NCBI GenBank assembly: GCA_944384825.1
Contig: CALWUT010000021.1
Coordinates: forward strand, 4,399-68,398
From: an uncultured Clostridia bacterium
GTDB taxonomy: Bacteria; Bacillota; Clostridia; Oscillospirales; Acutalibacteraceae
DNA length: 64,000 bases
Reading direction: 5' to 3'
The notes under the pieces are model-generated. The model had not been told where the DNA came from and ran no database searches. It was given only the letters and a program-made list of their open reading frames with translations. Positions 18,098 through 25,348 of the stretch are shown here, one piece after another. The first letter of the stretch is position 1. Each line of letters begins with the position of its first letter. Both the position numbers and the translations under genes were made by a program.

Positions 18098-18490
18098 CTA
18101 AAATGGTAAATCATCATCGAGCAGCCCTTCTCCGGTTTTTTCGATTTCCTGTTCAGTTATAAATTCACGCACAATAAAACCTTTGTAATATTTGCCTTGG
18201 GCTTGTTTTGAATAATATTTGGCTATAAGCCAAATTTCGTCTTTCGGCTTGTACTCTTTTAAAATCTTCTTTGCAATCTCTCCAAAGGCTGTACAGTCTG
18301 CAAACGTAGGCTTGTTCCATTCATCTGTAGCTTTATCTTTTCCGTTGCTTAATTGTAAAGAAAATTTCACCCCACTTTGACCGACTTCTTTGAAATTCCC
18401 GTAAATTCTTCCTCTAAAAATTACTGTGTTTACATAGCAGTTTCCGCTATAAATCTCTTTTTCATTACTATAAATCTTAGTTGTTTTCAT
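18098..18490 (-). CDS. ssb: phage single-stranded DNA-binding protein
   Basis: 130 aa OB-fold-like protein ending in the acidic SSB tip DDDLPF. Confidence 0.75.
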   Translation of the reverse strand: MKTTKIYSNEKEIYSGNCYVNTVIFRGRIYGNFKEVGQSGVKFSLQLSNGKDKATDEWNKPTFADCTAFGEIAKKILKEYKPKDEIWLIAKYYSKQAQGKYYKGFIVREFITEQEIEKTGEGLLDDDLPF

Positions 18491-18909
18491 AAATTAATCT
18501 CCTTAATTGTTATTGTTGTTGCCGGAATTTCAGCGTATTTTTTCTCAAAATAAATTCTGCAAATTTGAGCGTCATCGTGATAGCAAACTCCGTTTAATGC
18601 ATCTAAAATAATCTTGATGATATTATCTGAATCGGGTTTCTTTGTCGGCAAAATATTGCCTTTCAGCATCGAATTTTTTAATTTTTTACTCACGCTTTTC
18701 GGGATAGAAAAAAGAGCAGTTATACTTATTTCAAGCGGTGTATCTCTTTCAAAAAATATCTTTGAAACCGCAGTATAACTTGCTCTAATCAGTTTTTCAT
18801 ATTCAGTTGTCTGTTTCGGCGTATAAGTGATTTTTCGACCTTTAATCCGGCTCATACGAGGTCGCTGTTTGCCCCTCGGATTTCCCGATACTATGAACTT
18901 TATTTCCAT
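18487..18909 (-). CDS. rusA: RusA-family Holliday junction resolvase
   Basis: MEIKFIVSGNPRGKQRPR...TKKPDSDNIIKIILDALNGVCYHDDAQI is the RusA signature. Start chosen at 18909 rather than 18951. Confidence 0.75.
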   Translation of the reverse strand: MEIKFIVSGNPRGKQRPRMSRIKGRKITYTPKQTTEYEKLIRASYTAVSKIFFERDTPLEISITALFSIPKSVSKKLKNSMLKGNILPTKKPDSDNIIKIILDALNGVCYHDDAQICRIYFEKKYAEIPATTITIKEINL

Positions 18910-19549
18910 TTTTTGTCTCATTTCTATGTGATATCTGGTTAAGCCCTTCAAGAATCTCTATTCGCTGTTTTTGTGTCAATTCCTTGAAACTTTTAACGTT
19001 GTACCGATTTAAAAGAGCTGCGTATAACTTATCAGGTTCTTCAAAACTTTTTACAACACTTTTTAAAATACTTGCATCCTTTGCTGTGATTTTTTCAGTC
19101 TCGATTTCCGGCAAATCTTCTCCCGAATAGATGTAGAGCCCCAAACCGAACATAGCTAAATTCTTGACCAAACACCGCATTATTGTTTTGTTCACGTCAA
19201 ACATTGTTGCAGGTTCGACTGGAATATCTTTTCTGAATTTCGTGTCATAAGTGTAACCCTCAGACTTCATTGCTTTGTTGGCTCCATCCATGACGGGCAA
19301 CCACATTGTATGTGTTAATCCGTTAATCGTGACGTCAGTAAAGACCATATATCCGACACCTTCATCAAAAAAATAGGGAAGCTGCTTTTCTCCAAATTGG
19401 TGAATTTTATATGTTGCAGTTGGATATTGTTTTTTCACCGCAGCCCACGCATACGGCCAAGATAGATACGTCAAATCCTTTTTTCTTTCAATATGGTCGT
19501 TTACATTGATTTCAAATAATGTTTCAAAAATTGATTTATTTTCATTCAT
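18842..19549 (-). CDS. Rad52-like single-strand annealing protein (Sak/DUF1071 type)
   Basis: LTYLSWPYAWAAVKKQYPTATYKI...WLPVMDGANKAM...RCLVKNLAMFGLGLYIYSGEDLP matches the Sak family pattern. The 3' end overlaps rusA by ~68 nt. Confidence 0.65.
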   Translation of the reverse strand: MNENKSIFETLFEINVNDHIERKKDLTYLSWPYAWAAVKKQYPTATYKIHQFGEKQLPYFFDEGVGYMVFTDVTINGLTHTMWLPVMDGANKAMKSEGYTYDTKFRKDIPVEPATMFDVNKTIMRCLVKNLAMFGLGLYIYSGEDLPEIETEKITAKDASILKSVVKSFEEPDKLYAALLNRYNVKSFKELTQKQRIEILEGLNQISHRNETKNGNKVHSIGKSEGQTATSYEPD

Positions 19550-19557
19550 ATTTTTAA

Positions 19558-19789
19558 TTACTCCTTCAAATCGTGATATTCTAAATCTGTCATTTCTGCT
19601 TCATAGTCCGGGGTTTCTGCGGTAAATTTAAAGTGAACATTTAAACATTCCTCACAACAATCGAAACCATTTAACACATAGTAGTCATCACCTTCGTAAA
19701 TATCTTCATCACAGAAAAAACATTTTAAAACAGATTTTGCTTCGTTGCCGGGGGGGTTCGAGATATGCTCTGTCGTCTAATAATCCCAT
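19558..19789 (-). pseudogene. small Cys-rich (zinc-ribbon-like) phage ORF broken at a C7/G7 tract
   Basis: ATG at 19789 gives MGLLDDRAYLEPP, then the G7 run (19750-19756). With one base fewer the frame continues GNEAKSVLKCFFCDEDIYEGDDYYVLNGFDCCEECLNVHF...HDLKE. Confidence 0.45.
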
Positions 19790-19936
19790 TTATTTACTTT
19801 CCTTTCTTGTATTGATTTTTTGACATACAATTCTGAACGCATCAAGGGTTTTTCTTTCAAGTTCTCGTATTTCTTTCCCTTGATGCACTACTATACCAAT
19901 CAGAATTAAAATGATTACTAATAAAAATATTTGCAT
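19790..19936 (-). CDS. small membrane protein (48 aa)
   Basis: AAAGGAGAA RBS. MQIFLLVIILILIGIVVHQGKEIRELERK.... Stop abuts the next ATG. Not in the ORF track because it is under 60 aa. Confidence 0.4.
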   Translation of the reverse strand: MQIFLLVIILILIGIVVHQGKEIRELERKTLDAFRIVCQKINTRKESK

Positions 19937-20319
19937 TTTTTAAATTCTCCTTTTCTGTAAATAAAAAATCGCCTTGAATTTTTCAAGACAATTTTATTTG
20001 CGTATTTTCATTTTTGTGCTATACTAAATTTATAAGATTTATCAAAATGTGTCCGGATAGCTTTTTTTGTAAACATTGTAGTTGGCTCAAACCTGCATTA
20101 TTACTGGGTTTCTTCAAGCACCTATTGGTTATCCGCACAAGTTGTAAAAAATGGATCTGTTACCGCTTATTTGAGCTGTTTTACGCTTCCTTCTGTATTT
20201 TGAAAATATTTTTTTGGGTGTTGTGGCACATCAAAACCCAAGCACAGTCATAACTTAAGTTCTCAAGCCGTTCATCATTTGGAAAATTAAATGGGTGTAT
20301 GATCGTGTCTAACAAAAAA

Positions 20320-20335
20320 GCGAGGATTCCCTCGC
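20320..20335. terminator. bidirectional hairpin terminator
   Basis: gcgagg-attc-cctcgc, flanked by an A-run upstream and a T-run downstream. Confidence 0.5.
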
Positions 20336-20373
20336 AGATTATTTTTTCTTTTTATGAAAGCCCGGTTCTGAAC

Positions 20374-20548
20374 TTATTTGACGATTTTGAGTTTATCACC
20401 AACAATTTCTTCTCCATAAAGTTTTATCGGAATCATTGAAACTGTAATTGAGATTAAGTTTACGCATTTTGCCACCGCCGGAATATTAAGAGACTAAGTT
20501 TTACTAAAAGTATTTTCGTTTAAAATAATTTTGATAAGCAAATCAAGG
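20374..20548 (-). pseudogene. 5' fragment of a second portal gene (paralog of 8620-8790)
   Basis: By eye, ~75-80% nucleotide identity to the resident portal N-terminus. Reads KT-TAG-SLNIPAVAKCVNLISITVSMIPIKLYGEE, then diverges and stops. Confidence 0.65.
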
Positions 20549-20720
20549 AAAACACGAGATACTCAGCATCCAAAAAAACAATTCAAGCCGCTAAAAAAGA
20601 ATTACAAGGACAGCTTTCAAATTACGATTTATCAATAAATCAGATGAATAATCTCGCCATCAATGCAATGGGTTTATTCTAGACCGCTGAAATTCAAGAT
20701 TACGACGAAAAAATTTATTA
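20548..20720 (+). pseudogene. fragment of a phage tail/receptor-binding structural gene
   Basis: Reads ...QAAKKELQGQLSNYDLSINQMNNLAINAMGLF-TAG-TAEIQDYDEKIYY. It ends abruptly at the tRNA boundary. The motif resembles distal tail proteins of Firmicute siphoviruses (recalled from memory). Confidence 0.4.
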
Positions 20721-20797
20721 TGGTACGCCCGGAGGGATTCGAACCCCCGACCTTTTGGTTCGTAGCCAAACACTCTATCCAGCTGAGCTACGGGCGC
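20721..20797 (-). tRNA. tRNA-Arg (anticodon ACG), CCA encoded
   Basis: Reverse complement GCGCCCGTAGCTCAGCTGGATAGAGTGTTTGGCTACGAACCAAAAGGTCGGGGGTTCGAATCCCTCCGGGCGTACCA folds as a cloverleaf. Anticodon loop is CTACGAA. Confidence 0.9.
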
Positions 20798-21030
20798 TTA
20801 AGCAATCTAAAGTAGATTATATCACTATCTTTTTGGAAAGTCAATAGAGAATTTAAAATTATTCATAGTTTTTTTACTTCAAAAAACTGAGAGTGCCCAC
20901 TTCAGAAAATAAAACTTATATTTTATCTTTGAGTTTTATTTATCCTAATTTTAGACACACTCTTTTTAAAAATATTTATCAAGATTGTTTGTTATTACTT
21001 TTAAGGCAAATAAACTATAAAAAACAAATA

Positions 21031-21609
21031 TTAAGATAAGTTAAAGGTTAATCTTAAAATTGCATATATCGCTAATTTAAGCACATCCTCTGGAACACCG
21101 AGTTTTATCCTATGTAACTCATAAATACACTTTTTCTCATTCTCAGACACATCTATAAATAAACGTTGTTTCTTAATTTCTGGTGTAAACTCATACTTAA
21201 GTTTATAACTCCTACCTCTTGAATAATCTGTAAATAATAACGTACCATCTTTTTTAACCTTCTTAATCTTACACCAAACTAAATCCTCGCTACCGCGACG
21301 AGCATCTAGTATGTCCCATCTTTCTCCATGATTTTCAAGCCTAAATACATAATTACCACCTGGTATATTTTTTAAAACTAAAGTTTTTTTGTCTCTTAAA
21401 AGCTTAATTAGATATGCAGGATTCTCATCAGACAACCTCTTTATACCCCATTTTTTCGAAGGGACAACTGTTTCAATACTATACACTTTACGTTCTGATA
21501 AGTCTATAACATCTACTTTATTTCCGCCCACAGAAAACGCATGGCTTGTACTAACCAAACACAAAGACAAAGCTAGAAGTGTTTTGCATATATTTTTAAA
21601 AAAACTCAT
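21031..21609 (-). CDS. hypothetical secreted protein
   Basis: GGAGGA RBS before MSFFKNICKTLLALSLCLVSTSHA/FSV (signal peptide). No family recognised. Confidence 0.6.
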   Translation of the reverse strand: MSFFKNICKTLLALSLCLVSTSHAFSVGGNKVDVIDLSERKVYSIETVVPSKKWGIKRLSDENPAYLIKLLRDKKTLVLKNIPGGNYVFRLENHGERWDILDARRGSEDLVWCKIKKVKKDGTLLFTDYSRGRSYKLKYEFTPEIKKQRLFIDVSENEKKCIYELHRIKLGVPEDVLKLAIYAILRLTFNLS

Positions 21610-22125
21610 AAAATCCTCCAAATAATAAATAAACCAATAAATAAATTTTTTAAATCAATTTGGCTCTAATATGTTAACAATAAGAAAATATTGATTTTAA
21701 AATATTCCCTTGAGCCTATTATTTACACTCATCTTCCTAGTCTCCTTTTTACTAAAAAATAATACGTCAAACATTCTTGATACAACTTGGGATACACTTA
21801 CAAAATTAATTTCCTTTATATCCCAATAATATTCTATTTTAAATTTATAAAGACGTCAACGTATTTGAAAAAATCTCTTTAATAAAAAATTTTTTTGAAC
21901 AATATATGTTTTTATTATGCATATATGTATATATGGTTAAATATATTTATAAAAGTTTAAACAAATTCTCCGATACACTAGTAAAAGTGTCTAATCAACA
22001 CTATATAATTTGATGAAAAAACGGAAAGAAAAATTTGGTATTGTTAAATCTTAAATAGAATAAATGCATATTTTAATTAATTTTTTCCTTGGCTTGATTT
22101 TGACACTCTCAAAAAACAATCTTAC

Positions 22126-22154
22126 TTGACTATTTAAATCTTTAATGATAGAAT
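22126..22154 (+). promoter_or_regulatory. sigma-A promoter of rpsF-ssb-rpsR
   Basis: TTGACT (22126-22131), 17 nt spacer, TAGAAT (22149-22154). Confidence 0.55.
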
Positions 22155-22184
22155 TTTAAATGGTTAATATAATACCAATCCTTA

Positions 22185-22216
22185 CTTCGAAAATTTCTTA
22201 TGTAGAAATGTCGAGG
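22185..22216 (+). promoter_or_regulatory. structured rpsF 5' leader hairpin (possible S6:S18 autoregulatory element)
   Basis: CUUCGA-AA-AUUUCU-UAUGU-AGAAAU-G-UCGAGG. Two 6-bp helices separated by an internal loop, ~28 nt upstream of the rpsF start. Confidence 0.35.
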
Positions 22217-22243
22217 TCTAATGTCCAAAAGGAGGTGTTAAAA

Positions 22244-22531
22244 ATGTTAGAAATTAAATCATGTTATGAATTTGTTTTAGTAGTTTCAGTAAAACTAGGC
22301 GAAAAATCAGACGAGTTAGTTGAAAAGTTTAAAAACTTAATTGAATCGAAAGCTGAACTAGTTAATATTAACAATTGGGGAAAGAAAAAACTTGCTTACC
22401 CAATAAAGAAAGAAGCTGAAGGATTATACGTTGTATTTGACTTCAAAAGTGAACCCAGTTTCCCAAAAGAATTAGATCGTATAAGTGGCATAACAGACGG
22501 CATATTAAGATCTATGATTATAAGGAAATAG
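22244..22531 (+). CDS. rpsF: 30S ribosomal protein S6
   Basis: AAAGGAGGTG RBS, then MLEIKSCYEFVLVV...WGKKKLAYPIKKEAEGLYVVFDF. The rpsF-ssb-rpsR order is conserved. Confidence 0.85.
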   Translation: MLEIKSCYEFVLVVSVKLGEKSDELVEKFKNLIESKAELVNINNWGKKKLAYPIKKEAEGLYVVFDFKSEPSFPKELDRISGITDGILRSMIIRK

Positions 22532-22552
22532 CTTTGGAAAAGGTGGCTAAGG

Positions 22553-22996
22553 ATGTTAAACGTTGTGGTTTTAACCGGAAGGCTTGTGGCTGATCCTGAA
22601 CTTAAACATACTCCTAGCGACGTAGCAGTTACTACCTTCACGATCGCAGTCGGTAGGAGATTCGCTAAAGCAGGTGAAGAAAGACAAACAGATTTTATAG
22701 ATATTGTTGCTTGGAGAAATACTGCTGAATTTGTATGTCGCTATTTCAAAAAAGGACAAATGATTGCAGTAGAAGGCTCTATTCAAACCCGAACATATCA
22801 AGATAAAGAAGGAAACAAAAGAAAAGTATTTGAAGTATGGGCTAATAATGTCCAGTTCGTAGAGTCCAAAAAAGAAGCGGGAAATAATGAATCGTCCGAA
22901 AAACCGGTAGCTAAAAATATAGATTTATCTGCATATAGCAGCGGCGATGACGATGATTTTCAGACTATTGAGTCGGATGATGATTTACCTTTCTAA
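22553..22996 (+). CDS. ssb: single-stranded DNA-binding protein (chromosomal)
   Basis: MLNVVVLTGRLVADPELKHTPSDVAVTTFTIAV...FIDIVAWRNTAEF..., ending DDDLPF. Confidence 0.9.
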   Translation: MLNVVVLTGRLVADPELKHTPSDVAVTTFTIAVGRRFAKAGEERQTDFIDIVAWRNTAEFVCRYFKKGQMIAVEGSIQTRTYQDKEGNKRKVFEVWANNVQFVESKKEAGNNESSEKPVAKNIDLSAYSSGDDDDFQTIESDDDLPF

Positions 22997-23036
22997 ATGA
23001 AATTTAAAAAATTTATATGTAAGGAGGTACTGTATA

Positions 23037-23288
23037 GTGGCTGAAAAAACTGAAAAACGCGATTCAAGAAATCGTAGATCAAGAAAAAAAGTATGTAGTT
23101 TTTGTGTTGATAGATCTTTATCAGTGATAGATTACAAAGAACCAAATAAGCTCAGACGGTTTATTTCGGAAAGAGCTAAAATACTCCCAAGAAGAATAAC
23201 AGGTACTTGTGCCGAACATCAGCGTAAGCTTACTACAGCTATTAAGAGAGCTCGTTATTTAGCTTTGCTCCCTTATACACATGACTAG
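23037..23288 (+). CDS. rpsR: 30S ribosomal protein S18
   Basis: [13 protein letters not shown]...[53 protein letters not shown] start. Confidence 0.9.
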   Translation: MAEKTEKRDSRNRRSRKKVCSFCVDRSLSVIDYKEPNKLRRFISERAKILPRRITGTCAEHQRKLTTAIKRARYLALLPYTHD

Positions 23289-23317
23289 TTAAAATAAATT
23301 GTTTACAAATATTGTTT

Positions 23318-23350
23318 CCAGTGAAAAATTCACTGGGAATTTTTATTTTA
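23318..23350 (+). terminator. rho-independent terminator after rpsR
   Basis: CCAGTGAA-aaa-TTCACTGG, followed by GAATTTTTATTTT. Confidence 0.65.
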
Positions 23351-23458
23351 AATTTAGAATTTGAAATTTTTAACTGACCTTGGCTATTTTAAAAGAATAC
23401 AAAACTTTACATTTTTTACATTTTTTAAAAATTTAGTTTAATTTTAATATTTTTTTAC

Positions 23459-23487
23459 TTGACAATTCCGAAATTTTATATTAATAT
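23459..23487 (+). promoter_or_regulatory. sigma-A promoter of the 23526 orphan
   Basis: TTGACA, 17 nt spacer, TAATAT. Confidence 0.5.
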
Positions 23488-23525
23488 CATACTGAATTAT
23501 ATAATTATAAAGGAGTTGGTGAGAT

Positions 23526-24194
23526 ATGGCGTTTCCAGAATTTCCTAAAACGGGTTATAATTTTATTGACGATTTCACTGAATGGGTAGGTTTGAGAACC
23601 CCTACTGCTGAAGAGCGGATTATGGATTTTATTGGTGGTGGATACAAACAAGCTGGTCAAAAATTGAAAGAACTTAAGGATGAATTAGCTGAAACTAAAC
23701 GTAAAGATGAAAAAAAAGAAGTTAAAGATAAACTTTTTAAAAATTTTAATGTTAATATCAAAGGATTGGATAAGCTTAACAAGGAGCATCCTCAACTCAT
23801 TCCAAATCTTAAAATATTAAAAAGAAAAGTTAAAACATCAGCTAAGGATTTAGAAACGTCGATTAATTATTTAGAAGACTGGTATAATTTGGCTGAAGAC
23901 ATATTTAAGGCGGATGCCTGCTTTTATAGTCTTAGTGTTAATTCCAACTACTTGAATTTCGCAAAAAAGATCAATAATTTCGCTCAAGACTTGAAAAATA
24001 AGCCTATAAATAAAGCAAAATTTTATACTCTCATGAAAACCTACGAAGCCTTATTAGGAGAGTTAAAATCTGTAAGGGAAATAGAAAATAAAAAAATAAA
24101 ATCAGCTCCATACCCATCGACTTGTCTAAAAGTGATTCACTTAAACATACTTTTAAATTTTTTTGGAAAAATTCCATCGCAAATAAAAATTTAA
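23526..24194 (+). CDS. hypothetical protein (222 aa), K/E/N-rich, no signal peptide
   Basis: AAAGGAG RBS. It has its own promoter and terminator. No family recognised. Confidence 0.55.
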   Translation: MAFPEFPKTGYNFIDDFTEWVGLRTPTAEERIMDFIGGGYKQAGQKLKELKDELAETKRKDEKKEVKDKLFKNFNVNIKGLDKLNKEHPQLIPNLKILKRKVKTSAKDLETSINYLEDWYNLAEDIFKADACFYSLSVNSNYLNFAKKINNFAQDLKNKPINKAKFYTLMKTYEALLGELKSVREIENKKIKSAPYPSTCLKVIHLNILLNFFGKIPSQIKI

Positions 24195-24284
24195 AAATTG
24201 AAAAATAGGTTTTAAATTTCTCAGTGGGTGCTTTTAATTTATTTAAATTTGAGCTTAAATAAAATAATTTAAGTTGATAATATT

Positions 24285-24311
24285 TCCTAGTGATTTTCAC
24301 TAGGATTTTTT
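24285..24311 (+). terminator. rho-independent terminator
   Basis: TCCTAGTGA-ttt-TCACTAGGA, followed by a T6 run. Confidence 0.65.
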
Positions 24312-24397
24312 ATTATTATATTTAACTTTTAAATATAATATTATGTTTAAAAAATATATATAAATTAACAGTTTTTGAAAAATATATTAAAAAAGTA

Positions 24398-24426
24398 TTG
24401 ACTTAAATCTGTCAGTATATTATAAT
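24398..24426 (+). promoter_or_regulatory. near-consensus sigma-A promoter of the 24470 gene
   Basis: TTGACT, 17 nt spacer, TATAAT. Confidence 0.6.
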
Positions 24427-24469
24427 TTAATCAGCGCAGTAAAAATCATAAAACTTAGGAGGACAATTA

Positions 24470-25225
24470 ATGGACAAAAAAGTTATCTCTAAAATTCTAT
24501 TAGGAAGTATTTTGACGCCACTATTTATGACAAGTAATACTCAAGCTGCACCACCTAAATTAGGATCCGCGGGGTTAATGGCTGTAATGCATCGTTTACA
24601 AGGCCATGATAGAGATGGAAGTCTTATGGAAAACTTTAGGATGGTAAGTAGAAATGCCGGTCAAGTTGCGGATAATTCATTCTTCTATGATATAAGTCTA
24701 ACAGACATTTTTAATCATGGTTACGGTTACTCACCAAAATTAGAAATGGATGAGGGCAGAAAGGGTTTAGAGAGAATTAGAAGAATAAATCCAAAAGTTA
24801 GAAAATTAAGGTTAAATAATAGACAATCTTATAAGCTTAGACGAGATGACGATGTATTTAGAGCTTTTAAAGCTAGTGGCATTGAATGCGTTCAAATGCC
24901 CCACATATTAGCTGATGAAGACGATATTGACATGCTGGAAAAGGGAATGAAGCTTGAATCCGATACCTTAATGCTAGCGGTAGCGGGGACTTTAAGCGAT
25001 TTGGAAAATGTTTTAAGAGAACTGAGAACCAGGCTAGGAGATCGCGCTGCTTATAAAATTCAATGTCTAAGGCTCTATGACTATCATCTCCACTCAAAGG
25101 ATGAGTGGGAGGGTACACCTAAATGTCGGGAGGAAGTTCACAAACGGGACGTGAGAAGAATAGCAAAAATAAAACGATTAGTTTTAGGATATTTTCCTAA
25201 TATCAAAGAAGTCCGTATTTGGTAG
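24470..25225 (+). CDS. hypothetical secreted protein (251 aa) with atypically high GC
   Basis: TAGGAGGA RBS. Signal peptide MDKKVISKILLGSILTPLFMTSNTQA/AP. Hand counts give ~45% GC in 24560-24670 against a ~28-30% background. Weak leucine-rich periodicity. Confidence 0.65.
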   Translation: MDKKVISKILLGSILTPLFMTSNTQAAPPKLGSAGLMAVMHRLQGHDRDGSLMENFRMVSRNAGQVADNSFFYDISLTDIFNHGYGYSPKLEMDEGRKGLERIRRINPKVRKLRLNNRQSYKLRRDDDVFRAFKASGIECVQMPHILADEDDIDMLEKGMKLESDTLMLAVAGTLSDLENVLRELRTRLGDRAAYKIQCLRLYDYHLHSKDEWEGTPKCREEVHKRDVRRIAKIKRLVLGYFPNIKEVRIW

Positions 25226-25292
25226 AAGTTACTGTGATCCAATCGTAGTTGGTAGAATAAATGAAAACAACTAAAAAGCTTTAACTATTTAC

Positions 25293-25321
25293 ACCATCTT
25301 AAATTTATAGTTTAAGATGGT
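25293..25321. terminator. bidirectional terminator between convergent genes
   Basis: ACCATCTTAAA-tttatag-TTTAAGATGGT, an 11-bp perfect stem. Confidence 0.65.
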
Positions 25322-25348
25322 ATTCCTTTTAGATAATATAAATAATTC

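Noticed and set aside
20014-20253. 79-aa + strand ORF in the prophage/tRNA junction
   Set aside because: It has no RBS and an odd composition, and lies in a region of hairpins and gene fragments. The minus strand shows only broken reading frames, so nothing here is callable.
18098-22996. Two SSB genes (phage 18098-18490, chromosomal 22553-22996) both ending DDDLPF; considered as a duplication or recombination substrate
   Set aside because: The bodies of the two proteins are dissimilar. The shared tip is the universal SSB protein-interaction motif, so this is not evidence of recent duplication.
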